64,000 bases of DNA from the IMG/VR virus record IMGVR_UViG_3300042484_001840, positions 32,001 to 96,000 of that record. The stretch is one strand, 5' to 3'. Source of the stretch: a virus. The first letter of the stretch is position 1. Each line of letters starts with the position of its first letter. A program made the translations under genes and the position numbers. Under the pieces are notes generated by a model. The model had not been told where the DNA came from and searched no databases. It saw only the letters and a program-made list of their open reading frames with translations. This document shows, one piece after another, positions 9,220 to 20,380 of the stretch.

Positions 9220-12200
9220 GTAAAATAGTTCTTATTAAAGACGCAATCAAGGATGAGCCATACGCTCTTGTGTCTTACGACTTCATGGAAGTTAAGGCAT
9301 TTGCGTTAACGGACGATGCCGAAGAGTGGTCTGAGTGGGCTAATCAGTCATGTAAAACAATTGACGAGATTCGTGAAAGTCTTACCTATTCACTTCAGAC
9401 AGAACTTCCACGACCAGCAACTGAAATTGAATTAGATGGAATTAAGCAATTCACCACATCTGAGCGTTTTATTCAAATTAAGTCTGCAATTAGTGAATCA
9501 AAACTTGAAATGGTTGGCACATTCAGTCGTCAGAGTCGTCGCTTTGCCGTAAAGACATTGAAAGATTCGGAACTTCCAGAAAGTCCATCTTCATTGCCTT
9601 TGACTTCTTTTAGTGCTCAAAGTCGGCAGGCAATCATTGAGTATAAGGCCTTGTCTTACAGGGCTGACAATAAGTTCTCGGCTACAGCCTTTGAAGCAAA
9701 GGGTGCGCGAGCATTATGGGACCCCTCCCTTGGACCATCTGGCGGATGGCGATGCCCTACTGGTTCTCAGTTCGGTGGATACATCACTGACCGCTTTGGT
9801 CGTGGATGCGGTGGAGGGGTTCTCCGTCGTGTTGGGCGAGCATTAGTTGATGCAGGTCGTGGAATTGACAAATTGGGCGAGGCACGAGGCGCTCGTCGTC
9901 TTGGTCGTGCCGCTGACAAACTCAATAATAAGCCTGGTGGCGGACGCGCTCAGCGTGCCGTTGGTAATGCGGCTAATGCCCTTGAGCGTGGCGCACAGCG
10001 TTTGGTGGGAGACTTTAAGCCTGGTGATGGGCGTGCTCGTCGTCGTGGTATTTCAGCACCAGATATTGCTCCTGAGCGTAAAAAGGAAATTGATGACCGC
10101 TTGATGGCTATTCAGGCAGAACTTGATGATCTGGTTGATCAGCCTCCGACTGGCGATATTGAGAAGCGTATTACAGAACTTACCAATGAAAATAAGAAGT
10201 TGCGTCGCGAGCGAGATGGAGCAATGCCAAAGCGCATTTCTGCCGTTAAGCCTGCTCCATCAAAGCGTCGTGTTGTTAAGCCTGAGGCTGGACGCAACGA
10301 GCGAGTTCAAGGTGCACGCCCTGTAAAGAAGCCAGTTACGCAAGGTCGTCGTCAGGGCGTTCTAGATCGTGCCGCTCAACGACTCGTTGGAGAATATGAC
10401 CCATCAGAGTATAAGCCTGGTGACAAAAAGCGTATCAAAGATCGCGAAAATCGCTACGCAAAAGTTTCTGATGAAGCATTGATTAATGCGCTAAAGATGA
10501 ACTCGCCCAAGGCTGTTAAGCCGGGTCAGAATCGTGACATTGAGGCAAACAAGCGTCAAGAGCGACTTGAAGTTCTTCAGGAAATGCTCAATCGTGGCAT
10601 TGATGTCCCAGAACAATTCAAGAAGGAAGTCAAGCAGTATCGCTTAAAGCCCCAGCGTAAGAAGCGTGGCGCTAAGGCTGGTAGTCGTCGTAGTCGTGCC
10701 GCCAACGCCCTAGAGCGAGCCGCTCAGCGAGTTCTTGCAGGGGACAAGAATAAGAAGCGTCGTGACCGTAGTCGTCGCAAGCGTGCCGCCGATGCTCTTG
10801 AGCGTGGTGCAAAACGGATTCTTGATGGTAAGAAAAAGCCTAAAAAACAAGATAATCGCAAAAAGCCACAACCAAACGGTGGTCTTAACCTACCTGGCGG
10901 TGGTCGTGGGATTATTGAACCGCGAGATACTGAAGGTCTACCAAAACCAGGTATGGGGGGCATGCGAAAGCCTGGTGAAGGTCAACTCAGTCTTGAAGAA
11001 CTTCAAGATTTAATAGATAGTAATGCAGGAATTACTGGTCTTTCTGAATTACGCAAACAGTTTAAAGATTATGACGATGCCCAGATTGACGATTTTTTAA
11101 GTCGTTTTGTTAAAGCACGCGAAAAAATAGATAATGATGATCCAGAAAGATTAAAACTTGACAAGTGGATCATCAATCTTGAAATGGAAAAAACCGCTCG
11201 TGAACTTGATCGCCTAAAGAAGGGCAAGAAAGAACGAGATAATCAGCGTGCCCGTGCTCGTCGTGCCGTTACCGCTCAAAGCGCATTTACCCCCATTCGT
11301 CGTCCACGCCCAAAGAAAATGAAGGGCGACAAGATTGCTTGGGACGATATGGATGCCCAGCAAAAAGCACGCATGCGTAATCGTGCTATTGCCGAACTTG
11401 ATGATCTTGATGCAAGTTGGCGCAAGCGTCTTGGTTTAAAGAGCAATGAACCACTCACTGACAAGATGATTCGTGACTACATTAAAGAACGAGAGAACAA
11501 CAAGCCTGGTGCTTACATTGGCGTTCTTAAGGCTAACGCTAACGACTGGGGCGTTCTTAAGGATTACGCAAATGACCTTGAGAATGGGGATATTCTAAAT
11601 AATCTTGGTCCGAAGCGTCGCAAGACACTTGTTGACGACTTGAATAATGCTTCTGCACCTAAGCGTGTTAAGACACCAAGTTCACCCCGACCCAAGTCTG
11701 CCCCAAGTGCAAAAAAGCGTGATGGTCTAAACGATAATGAAAAGAACCGTCTCAAAGAACTTGACGGACCTGAGTTTGACAACCAAGTAGAAGCATTTGA
11801 CGAAGCAGAGCGTCTGGCTAAAGCAAATAATGAATCTATGGTTGCGTTTGAACAAGATGGAAAATTCCGTGTTGTCAAGGCTCAAGACTTTAACGATCTA
11901 CTAGATGGCATTGATGATGACAGTCGTATGCAAAATGCGATTGGTAGTGTTCGCCATTTTGATGCTAATGGTAACGAAAGCAAAATTGATGTTTCCGAGT
12001 CTGCTCGCGTTAAGCAATCAATTAAAGAATCACTTGGCATTGATGCTCCAGAATCGCTTGGTGGCTCAATACCCGATGATCGGTCACGACGAAATGTGCG
12101 TAATCGGTTCCCGAATAATGGACTCCCCGATAAGGCATTCTGGCGAGACAAGGACTGGAAGCCTCGTACTGGTGGAGATGATGCAGAAAAGCATGAGCGT

Positions 12201-15200
12201 AGGTTTGGTCGCTACTTTGATTCCGATGGCAATATTAATGCTCGTGGTCGCTTTGTTAACGCTCAGTTAGAACAAGAGCGAGCAGAAAAGGCAAAGCCTA
12301 GGTTTAGTAAGACACCAGAATCTGTAATTCCAGAATCTAGTCGTAGAAAAACATCTACTTTTAATTTTGGTAAAGTTGAAGTTTTTGGCGAGGATAATAA
12401 CGGAAGAGTTCTTTGGAAAGACAAAGATGGCTTTGTTATTCCTGACAACATCGTAAATGATGAAGCCGTACGACAACGCTACATGCGTTATGCAAAAGAG
12501 GGGCGAGATGCCTATCTAAATGGAACATTTGCGCAAAATCTTGGCAAAAAGATTGATGATCTTTTAGTCAATAACGACCCCGATAAGCGTCGTGATTTAA
12601 GAACTAATCTCCAAAATCTCATTGAAGATCGTCGTTTTTTAATTGCACGAGATAACCCCGTTGCGGAACGAGGCAAATGGGCTGGGGAATTAGTCGCATT
12701 CCAAAACATGCTTAACGAGTTGGATGCTCATCCAAACGCAGTAGACATTTCCCCAATGAAAAATGAAGGACTTGATTCCTTGCCCAAGGCTTCTATTAAG
12801 CGTCGCGATTTATCCCTTATCAAATTGCCTGAATTTAAAGAAGCAAAAGAAGTATTCGTTCAATATTATGACCTTCGTAATGACAGGTTCAAAGCACATC
12901 TTGAAAACGACAGGCTTGATGATGCAAATATCATGATTGAAGGACTTGCTAACGAAATTGATGGGCATAATAAGATGTTGGCTGACCCTGCAATGCCCGA
13001 AGAAGACAGAATTAAGATTTTAGCGCGCCGTTCAGCCGCTCTTGAAAAAGTAGGTAAGTTTAACCAAGATTTGCAACTTCGTATGGATGAAATCAATAAA
13101 CGAATTGGCGCAGAGAACGCTGCACGATTAGGAATTCCAAGACTAAGCGAAGGCAACATCCCAGATAGTGTTGACGCACGGCGGAGAGCAATCATTGGAA
13201 ACAATTATGAAATAAGGCTTTTGGACAATATCAACCTTGAAAGAGCAAAGGAACGCGCTGCGGAACTTGCAAAAGAAAAAAATGATGGCGAAGGCATCTA
13301 TGTTACACAGGATAAAAAGAGTGGCAAATTCTTCTTACTAACTCGGGCTAATTTTGAAGAAGCAGTTAAAAACGATGCTTTTTCTGAAAATTATGTCGTT
13401 GATGCTGTCGTCTATGCCGCAAAGACCCCAGCGCCACCAAAGCCTCCTAGCGTTGCAAGAATTCCTGATCTAAATGATCCGTTTGATGGATTTAAATTGT
13501 GGAACATGCCAATGAGTTTTGATGCGGACGATAAAGGTAATGCAATCAACGCAGCAAAAAGATATGCTGTTGAATTTGATAGCGATTTTGTAGTAGCACA
13601 ACGCATAAGTGATGGAAAGAAATTTGTTCTTGATGCTCGTGACTGGAATGACTTTGTAAACTCTCCAAAAGTAAATAGTGATGATTTCACTGGCGTGGCA
13701 ATTTTTGGCGGATATGGAAGAGATACCGACGGAATGCCTCGGCTAAACGCTGGCAAAAAACAACTTATTAATGAAATGCAAAGTAGAGATTTAGGTCGCG
13801 TTTTCCCTAAGGGTAATCGCATTTTTGGTAGTGGTGATAAGAAAGCAAAAGAACGCGCTCAAAAGTTTGCCAAAGAACAAGCAGATGCCGATGGTCGGAA
13901 TCGTTATGTTATTGACACTGGCAAAGAATATATGGTTGTCAATGAAAAAGAATATAAAGAACTGCTAGCAGAATTCAATAACAAGGAACAACGCCTAAAT
14001 GCAACGCTATCTCCAGAGAAGTTCATTAGAGAACGAAAAGGGAATAATGGAGTAGGTAGGGGCGCTCTTTCTGGTCCAAGGGAAATGGATATTGATTCCG
14101 ACGAATATAAAGACGCTGTTGTAGCAGTACATCAACAGAAGGGGTCAATTCAAGATATTCCAGACCCACTATTTGCTGCTGTTGTATTTGACGAAAACAT
14201 TACGGACGGTAAGGGCAATTCATTAGAAATGCCAGATGGAAGTGGCGTTGTTCAATTTGAGGACATTTTTTCTGGACGCTTTCAGCCAGATGAAAATTTT
14301 AGATTTGAAAATTTAAGATTTAAGTTTACGCAGAAAAAGCCAAATAATTACAGAGACCCAGACTATGGCGGGGTCTGGGCTGTTTATAAAGTTGAAGACA
14401 AGCAAACTGGCGAAACTTGGTGGATTAAATCTTCGGCATATGGAGTTCATGACGCACTACTTGAAGACATTGGCATGGAAGGTGCTGGTATCTTTAATTT
14501 TGCCGCTGCAAATAACGCAAAGAACATAAGAATTAGTGGTGAAATTCCGCTTGAGCAAAATGGTAGAAAAGTCAGATGGACTGCCATGCGTGATATTGAT
14601 GCATGGGAAGCCCCAGAGGGTCAAGAGCAACTCAGTTGGGTAGATGCCAATAATGGTGGCATTGACGGCAATAATGTCAGTCTAGAAGATATGGCTAATA
14701 TTTTTGTTATGGATTTTGTCTTGGATAATCAAGATAGGCATGGCGGAAACTTCAAAATTGCAACTGATAATAATGGTGTTCAGCGTCTAGGCATTATTGA
14801 TAATGGTTTAATGTTTGGTGGTCGCGGATATGACATTATTGGTATGAGCCGTGATAACCCATTATCAAAAGCAGACATTAATCAAATTGCTGCAGAACGA
14901 GAAGCGTTAGACATGAAGGGATATGCAGAGGGTGATGGAAATATTTTAATAAGAGGATACAGTCTTCCTTCTTCATTCAAGAATCGCCTAGCGTCAAGTC
15001 AATTTGCTAGAGATGAATTCAATCTTCAGGTTAAATACTCAATTGAAACAATGCGAGAAAATATTGACAGAATTCTTGATGAGCAAAGAATTAAAGGAAA
15101 AGGTATTAAACTTTCAGAAACAGAACTAGCACATCTAAAAGCAATGAAATTAGTTGCTGATGCTCGCTTGAAATATCTTGAAGCAAACCCAACTGCTGTG

Positions 15201-15341
15201 ACTGACTATTTGTTGAAAGACCTACAAGTTAATCAGTCTTCTTCAACTCCCAGTCCAATAAATGCCCCAATGTCTCCAATTCGTCGCCCAAGGGGATTAA
15301 CTGGTCGTCAGGTTGGCTCGCCTTTTGCTGGAGGATTGTAA
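9216..15341 (+). CDS. 2041-aa putative virion cargo protein with C-terminal HipA/CtkA/PI3-PI4K-like kinase
   Basis: KGARALWDPSLGPSGGWRCPTGSQFGGYITDRFGRGCG motif, Arg/Lys-rich ALERxAQRLVG repeats and four internal alpha/beta repeats. Kinase motifs: WWIKSS, ALLEDIG, DFVLDNQDRHGGN (about 14733), IIDNG. Confidence 0.8.
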   Translation: MSKIVLIKDAIKDEPYALVSYDFMEVKAFALTDDAEEWSEWANQSCKTIDEIRESLTYSLQTELPRPATEIELDGIKQFTTSERFIQIKSAISESKLEMVGTFSRQSRRFAVKTLKDSELPESPSSLPLTSFSAQSRQAIIEYKALSYRADNKFSATAFEAKGARALWDPSLGPSGGWRCPTGSQFGGYITDRFGRGCGGGVLRRVGRALVDAGRGIDKLGEARGARRLGRAADKLNNKPGGGRAQRAVGNAANALERGAQRLVGDFKPGDGRARRRGISAPDIAPERKKEIDDRLMAIQAELDDLVDQPPTGDIEKRITELTNENKKLRRERDGAMPKRISAVKPAPSKRRVVKPEAGRNERVQGARPVKKPVTQGRRQGVLDRAAQRLVGEYDPSEYKPGDKKRIKDRENRYAKVSDEALINALKMNSPKAVKPGQNRDIEANKRQERLEVLQEMLNRGIDVPEQFKKEVKQYRLKPQRKKRGAKAGSRRSRAANALERAAQRVLAGDKNKKRRDRSRRKRAADALERGAKRILDGKKKPKKQDNRKKPQPNGGLNLPGGGRGIIEPRDTEGLPKPGMGGMRKPGEGQLSLEELQDLIDSNAGITGLSELRKQFKDYDDAQIDDFLSRFVKAREKIDNDDPERLKLDKWIINLEMEKTARELDRLKKGKKERDNQRARARRAVTAQSAFTPIRRPRPKKMKGDKIAWDDMDAQQKARMRNRAIAELDDLDASWRKRLGLKSNEPLTDKMIRDYIKERENNKPGAYIGVLKANANDWGVLKDYANDLENGDILNNLGPKRRKTLVDDLNNASAPKRVKTPSSPRPKSAPSAKKRDGLNDNEKNRLKELDGPEFDNQVEAFDEAERLAKANNESMVAFEQDGKFRVVKAQDFNDLLDGIDDDSRMQNAIGSVRHFDANGNESKIDVSESARVKQSIKESLGIDAPESLGGSIPDDRSRRNVRNRFPNNGLPDKAFWRDKDWKPRTGGDDAEKHERRFGRYFDSDGNINARGRFVNAQLEQERAEKAKPRFSKTPESVIPESSRRKTSTFNFGKVEVFGEDNNGRVLWKDKDGFVIPDNIVNDEAVRQRYMRYAKEGRDAYLNGTFAQNLGKKIDDLLVNNDPDKRRDLRTNLQNLIEDRRFLIARDNPVAERGKWAGELVAFQNMLNELDAHPNAVDISPMKNEGLDSLPKASIKRRDLSLIKLPEFKEAKEVFVQYYDLRNDRFKAHLENDRLDDANIMIEGLANEIDGHNKMLADPAMPEEDRIKILARRSAALEKVGKFNQDLQLRMDEINKRIGAENAARLGIPRLSEGNIPDSVDARRRAIIGNNYEIRLLDNINLERAKERAAELAKEKNDGEGIYVTQDKKSGKFFLLTRANFEEAVKNDAFSENYVVDAVVYAAKTPAPPKPPSVARIPDLNDPFDGFKLWNMPMSFDADDKGNAINAAKRYAVEFDSDFVVAQRISDGKKFVLDARDWNDFVNSPKVNSDDFTGVAIFGGYGRDTDGMPRLNAGKKQLINEMQSRDLGRVFPKGNRIFGSGDKKAKERAQKFAKEQADADGRNRYVIDTGKEYMVVNEKEYKELLAEFNNKEQRLNATLSPEKFIRERKGNNGVGRGALSGPREMDIDSDEYKDAVVAVHQQKGSIQDIPDPLFAAVVFDENITDGKGNSLEMPDGSGVVQFEDIFSGRFQPDENFRFENLRFKFTQKKPNNYRDPDYGGVWAVYKVEDKQTGETWWIKSSAYGVHDALLEDIGMEGAGIFNFAAANNAKNIRISGEIPLEQNGRKVRWTAMRDIDAWEAPEGQEQLSWVDANNGGIDGNNVSLEDMANIFVMDFVLDNQDRHGGNFKIATDNNGVQRLGIIDNGLMFGGRGYDIIGMSRDNPLSKADINQIAAEREALDMKGYAEGDGNILIRGYSLPSSFKNRLASSQFARDEFNLQVKYSIETMRENIDRILDEQRIKGKGIKLSETELAHLKAMKLVADARLKYLEANPTAVTDYLLKDLQVNQSSSTPSPINAPMSPIRRPRGLTGRQVGSPFAGGL

Positions 15342-15342
15342 A

Positions 15343-15690
15343 ATGGAACAAGATATTGAAAGAACAGAAAAATCTTTAAAGGATTTAAAGAAAGAAATCA
15401 CATATCCTGCTGTTATTTATGTTGAGACAGAACAGGGAAATATTGCTCCAATTTTAGTTCTTGAACGAAAAGGTAGAATTACTTCTTATTTTTGGGGCGA
15501 TGTTAAACGCTATGATTCAAATGAGTATAATGTTGTTGGTGATACTGTAAGACTATCTATAGGTTCGCAGTCGTCAGCAAAACTATTTTTTATTGATAAT
15601 GCCACTCCTGTGGACATTGACAGACTTATAGATCAGGCTAAGAAAAATAAGATAGTCAAACCAGAACCTAAAGGCAAAACATCAAAATGA
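15343..15690 (+). CDS. Small protein immediately downstream of kinase gene (candidate immunity/partner)
   Basis: ATG 1 nt after the kinase stop with GGAGG upstream; overlaps the start of the next gene. Confidence 0.6.
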   Translation: MEQDIERTEKSLKDLKKEITYPAVIYVETEQGNIAPILVLERKGRITSYFWGDVKRYDSNEYNVVGDTVRLSIGSQSSAKLFFIDNATPVDIDRLIDQAKKNKIVKPEPKGKTSK

Positions 15691-18600
15691 CTACCGATTG
15701 CGAAACTTGTCGTCCGCTTGTAAAAGTCATGAACCCCCAAATGTCTACGGACCGTAGGCGGTTTATGATTGAGAGCAAGGCTGCCGAATATCGCAAACAC
15801 ATGGGTCAGCCAAGCGGTTTATTGCAAAAGGGTGCTCGGGCAATATTTGACCCTAAACTTGGTCCGTCTGGTGGATATCGCTGTCCTGAGGGGAGTCAGT
15901 TTGGTGGTTACATTACCGACCGCTTTGGCAGAGGCTGTGGTGGGGGTATTATTCGCCGTGTCGGGCGAGCCTTTGGAAAACTAGGTCGTGGATTAGATAA
16001 CATTGCAGACAGGCGTGACCGTAGTCGTTTGGGTCGTGCCGTCAATCGCCGTAGTAAGCCTAATCGCGTTGCTCGTGCCGCTGGTGCGCTAGAGCGTGGA
16101 GCACAAAGACTTGTTGGCGAATACAAGCCCGGTGACTACAAACCAGGTGACGGTGGTCGTCGTAATAGGCGCAACCTACCTGGTGGACCCTCTTTGCGTC
16201 GTTCTGCTGTTCCACGCAAACCTAAGCGTGAACGCAAACTGCCCAAAGACGGGGACAAGAAGCCTCGCACCCAAGGGGCAACTCCCAAAAAGCGCCCCAT
16301 TATTGAGCGCGCTGCTGAAGGGCTAGAACGCGCTGCTCAGCGTGTTTTGGATGAAGATCGCAAGAAAAGAACACAAGGCGCTAAGCCTGCCAAGCCGAAG
16401 AAGCCTGTTGCTCCCAAGGTTCCTTCACTGAAGCCAAATGTTTCAGAAGATAAAAAACGAAACATCACCGACATTAATGATATTGACTGGGATAATTTAA
16501 CTCCCGAACAGCGTGACGAAATTCAAGGGATTCGTTGGGATGCCATTAGTGACCTTGAAGACAAAATGTCTAAGTATATTGGCGTTCCAAAAGAGCGCAT
16601 GGACCCTGTTCTATTTTTAGACAGAAATGAACGAAACAGAAATAATAAAAAATACCAAGCAGATGTGCTTAAGTGGAGACAATTACACAACAACTTTCAA
16701 GATATGCCAGCAGAAGCAATTAAAGAAATTGACTGGACCGATGGAGAACGCAAGAAGATTCTTGATGTTGTTAATGGGGATGTAAAGCCCGATCTTGCAA
16801 AAGACGGTGGAGAATTTGACTGGGATAATTTAACTCCAGAACAGCGTGGCAAAATCAAGGACATTGCAAACAATGCGCTAGAAGACGACAAAAAAGCACT
16901 TCTGAAACATTTTGGTGCTGCGAGTTGGAATAATGACAGAGTTAATCGTGCTATAGATTTAGCAGACAAAGGATTCATAAAGAAGGATAAAGCCAACGAA
17001 ATAGAAAAAATTGCATTGAGATGGAATCTGTTGCAAACCCAGTGGAATGACGAACCTAATCTTGCTATTAACGACATTAATTGGACAGACGACCAGCGTC
17101 AACAAATCCGTGATGCAATTGGCATAGAGGCTCCTAAGAAGCCCAAGACCCGTGGTGCTGACTTCTGGGAACGACGCAAGAATAACAAGCCGATCAAGCC
17201 TGAAGAATTAGATGTTGAGGATGCTCCAGAGATTTTCTCAAGCAAGCCAGACGGCACATCTGAAAGTAATCGTCTTGTCAAGGCTTGGGAACAAGCATAT
17301 GGAGACGAAATAGATAAATACTTTGCTGAGAAAAATGTAGATCGCCTTGAAAAATTAAAAAATTCAATAGATTTTATTCTCAATAAAAAAGAAATGAATC
17401 TATCTCCTGCTATGCGTCGGATGCTTCAAGAAAAAATTAATGACATAGACAAGAAGGTTGCTGCTCTCCGTGTGCGAAAAGCACGAGGTGCACGCACTGC
17501 CACACCAAAGCCAAAACTTCCCAGTCTTGTAGGTAAGCCAGTAAGCCGTCAATCAAAAATTACTCGTATTAAAGATAATGTCATTGATGCTTTGCGCATT
17601 AAAAACAGGCGTGAGAATGCTATGGGCGACTTTGCTCCAGACGCAATTGGTGATGGCGTACTTGCTTTCCCTGAAAACATTGTTAACGATGACATTAAAA
17701 ATGTGGCAGATGCAGTCAAGTGGCTTGATGACGGAAAATCATTATACGAAATTCCACAACATTATTGGCTAGAGGCAGTGACTGAGCATGTAGATAATGC
17801 AAGAAATCCACAATACAATAAAATTCCAATTAATAACCCTGGTGTTATTAAAAAGATTTTCATGTTTGAAAAATTAGACAAAGATGGAAAAGGCACTGGA
17901 ACTGGTGTCGTTTTTGCTCGTGCTCCAGGTAATGCAAGAGACGGCATGGGCGAGGTTATGGGTCAACAAGTCCTTAATGCTCTTGGTATGAATGTTGCTC
18001 CTGCGCGATTTGACGGAATTGTAAGAGACCCCGGCGGTGAAACTCCTGTTGCCGTAATGCCATTTGCTTGGAATAGGGCAGCACAAGGAGACATGCAACG
18101 ACCAGTAGCGATGAATTTTGACCGAAAGTTGTTTGATCAATTTGAAGATAAAGGATTCCCTGTACGACTAGGAAATTTATTAGGCAACTATTTCATGGGT
18201 GTTGGGGATAGGCACACAAATAACGCAATGATGGCAATTGTTGATGGTCAGCCTCATATTGTTCCTATTGACTTGGGCTGGAATGGTAACAGAAAAGATT
18301 TTTACCTTTATGCAAAGGGTGGATTTCAAGGTTTCTCAATGGACCCTGACTTATATGACAATATTGCAAATCACTTAGCCACACTTGATCCCGCAGAAGC
18401 AAAAAAACAACGCGATAAACTTGTTGAAGTTTTTGATGGAATGGTCTTGCGTGGTGATGCAATTGTTGCCCAAGGTAAAGATAAATTCATTAAAGATGCT
18501 GTAGCAATGATGCATCTTGGTGCTGATCCAGTTAAGAACGAGTCTTTTGTAGTAGAAATTGACAGAAAAGAACTTGAATCTACGATGGAGAAAAAAGCAT

Positions 18601-19937
18601 CGGATATATTTGATGCTTTAGAAGCAAATGTTGCGCAGGCGAAAAATGAAAGAGCGCGTTTATTTGATGCATGGGGAATGGAAGATGTTCCTTCATTGGG
18701 AGTACTTGAAGTAGTCCGCCCCACTAAGCCAAAGACACCAAAGGTATCTACACCCAAGGTATCCACACCTAAGGCACCTACCTCAAATGCATCCAAACCA
18801 AAAAGTGCTCTAGAAAGAATTATTGCACCACTTCGTATCAGTAATCCACAGAAAAGAAACCCACGAGTACCAATCTTGGCGGAAGTAAAATCTGGTGAAT
18901 TAATTGCTCGTCCAAAAATGATAGAAAATCCAAAAATTAAAAACCGCCAAAATGCCAAAGACTGGCTTGACAATGGTGGGCTAATTGAGGAAGTTCCGCA
19001 AAGATTTTGGGCACAAGCACTTTCTGACCATGTAAATGGTAACGCGGCAGTGAAACAGTATAAAGAAATTGACCCATCTGATGAAGTAGGTCAAGGTGCA
19101 GTTAAGACTACAAGAATTTACTTGGCACTTGATGAAAATGGTAAACCAACTGCCCAAGGGTTCCTCATTCAACGCGAAGGTGGAGTAGATAAACTCGGTG
19201 GGGCATTAGACAGAAATAATGTGGCAGAGTTGGTTGTAGCAAACATGCTCAATGCCTTTGGACTTAACTACGAACCAGCAAGACTAGATGGTCAACTTGA
19301 CGAAGATGGAAAAGAAGATTTAAATAAAGTTCCTGCTGTTGTTATTCCATTTGCATGGAATGGCGGACCAAACTATGTGAATGTTCAAAAGCCAAGTGGG
19401 TGGAATGCCGCCAACTTTGACAGGGATATTTTTGATGGTCTTGCTGATAAGGCATACCCACAGCGACTAGCAGCCTTTTTGGGAAATCTTGCTTTTGCCA
19501 TTCCTGATAGGCATGACCAAAATCAAATGGGTCAAATTATTGATGGTGTTCCTATGGTCGTTCCAATTGACTTTGGTTGGGCAGGCAAATACGGTCCAAT
19601 GGATTTCTATGATTATTTAGATGGCGAATTTGAAGAACTTGAACCTGACTTTTTTATGGACATGCAAAATCATTTGAATGGTTTAGACAAACAAACAAAA
19701 ATTGAACAAACACAAGCAATCAAACAAGTTTGGGACAATATTGAATCAAAACTAGAAGAAACATTTAATCGCGGGAAAGATCAATTTATTAACGATTTCC
19801 TTGATTTCTTAACACCAGAACAACGAGCAAACACAAGAGTGGTTGATCAGGCAACATATAAACTTAAGCAAATGTATGAACTTTTAGAAACACAATACAA
19901 TGAAATTCAAATTAATCGTCCTGAATTTCTTAAGTAA
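15687..19937 (+). CDS. 1416-aa putative virion cargo protein with two tandem HipA/PI3-PI4K-like kinase domains
   Basis: KGARAIFDPKLGPSGGYRCPEGSQFGGYITDRFGRGCG motif and WDNLTPEQR repeats. Kinase 1: GNYFMGVGDRHTNN...VPIDLG (about 18207). Kinase 2: GNLAFAIPDRHDQN...VPIDFG (about 19506). Confidence 0.8.
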   Translation: MTTDCETCRPLVKVMNPQMSTDRRRFMIESKAAEYRKHMGQPSGLLQKGARAIFDPKLGPSGGYRCPEGSQFGGYITDRFGRGCGGGIIRRVGRAFGKLGRGLDNIADRRDRSRLGRAVNRRSKPNRVARAAGALERGAQRLVGEYKPGDYKPGDGGRRNRRNLPGGPSLRRSAVPRKPKRERKLPKDGDKKPRTQGATPKKRPIIERAAEGLERAAQRVLDEDRKKRTQGAKPAKPKKPVAPKVPSLKPNVSEDKKRNITDINDIDWDNLTPEQRDEIQGIRWDAISDLEDKMSKYIGVPKERMDPVLFLDRNERNRNNKKYQADVLKWRQLHNNFQDMPAEAIKEIDWTDGERKKILDVVNGDVKPDLAKDGGEFDWDNLTPEQRGKIKDIANNALEDDKKALLKHFGAASWNNDRVNRAIDLADKGFIKKDKANEIEKIALRWNLLQTQWNDEPNLAINDINWTDDQRQQIRDAIGIEAPKKPKTRGADFWERRKNNKPIKPEELDVEDAPEIFSSKPDGTSESNRLVKAWEQAYGDEIDKYFAEKNVDRLEKLKNSIDFILNKKEMNLSPAMRRMLQEKINDIDKKVAALRVRKARGARTATPKPKLPSLVGKPVSRQSKITRIKDNVIDALRIKNRRENAMGDFAPDAIGDGVLAFPENIVNDDIKNVADAVKWLDDGKSLYEIPQHYWLEAVTEHVDNARNPQYNKIPINNPGVIKKIFMFEKLDKDGKGTGTGVVFARAPGNARDGMGEVMGQQVLNALGMNVAPARFDGIVRDPGGETPVAVMPFAWNRAAQGDMQRPVAMNFDRKLFDQFEDKGFPVRLGNLLGNYFMGVGDRHTNNAMMAIVDGQPHIVPIDLGWNGNRKDFYLYAKGGFQGFSMDPDLYDNIANHLATLDPAEAKKQRDKLVEVFDGMVLRGDAIVAQGKDKFIKDAVAMMHLGADPVKNESFVVEIDRKELESTMEKKASDIFDALEANVAQAKNERARLFDAWGMEDVPSLGVLEVVRPTKPKTPKVSTPKVSTPKAPTSNASKPKSALERIIAPLRISNPQKRNPRVPILAEVKSGELIARPKMIENPKIKNRQNAKDWLDNGGLIEEVPQRFWAQALSDHVNGNAAVKQYKEIDPSDEVGQGAVKTTRIYLALDENGKPTAQGFLIQREGGVDKLGGALDRNNVAELVVANMLNAFGLNYEPARLDGQLDEDGKEDLNKVPAVVIPFAWNGGPNYVNVQKPSGWNAANFDRDIFDGLADKAYPQRLAAFLGNLAFAIPDRHDQNQMGQIIDGVPMVVPIDFGWAGKYGPMDFYDYLDGEFEELEPDFFMDMQNHLNGLDKQTKIEQTQAIKQVWDNIESKLEETFNRGKDQFINDFLDFLTPEQRANTRVVDQATYKLKQMYELLETQYNEIQINRPEFLK

Positions 19938-19954
19938 GGTAACAAGGAACTGAC

Positions 19955-20380
19955 ATGGCTCAATATTTAATAGTTTACTCAGCAATTAATCCTGACTATA
20001 AACGAGGCGCTCCGTCTGGTTCTATTAAGTTTGACGGAGTTTCTGCAACAATTGTTGGACCTGATAGATTTGTAAAAGATTGGTCAAAGAAATTATCTAT
20101 TTCCTCGGTCTTGGCTTCAAGCATTAATGACAACAAAGTGGATATTTCAAGTTTTGTTTCAACAAACACCTATGTTGACATGATCTTTTTTGATGACGAT
20201 AGCGCATCTAAGAGTGATGATGGAAAATTAAAAAAGTTATACGATTCCATTTCTGGAAGTAAAAGAAAAATCACCCTTGAACGACTTCCAACTTTTGATG
20301 ATCCAGACTTTACAATTGAAAAACGAAATGCTTTTTTCAAAAAGGCACGCAAAATCAAAGAACAAAGTAGAAAAAAATAA
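19955..20380 (+). CDS. Small partner protein 1 (candidate immunity), paralog of next gene
   Basis: MAQYLI...SIKFDGV...W...SSVLASSINDNKVDI aligns with 20380-20709; AAGGA RBS. Confidence 0.65.
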   Translation: MAQYLIVYSAINPDYKRGAPSGSIKFDGVSATIVGPDRFVKDWSKKLSISSVLASSINDNKVDISSFVSTNTYVDMIFFDDDSASKSDDGKLKKLYDSISGSKRKITLERLPTFDDPDFTIEKRNAFFKKARKIKEQSRKK

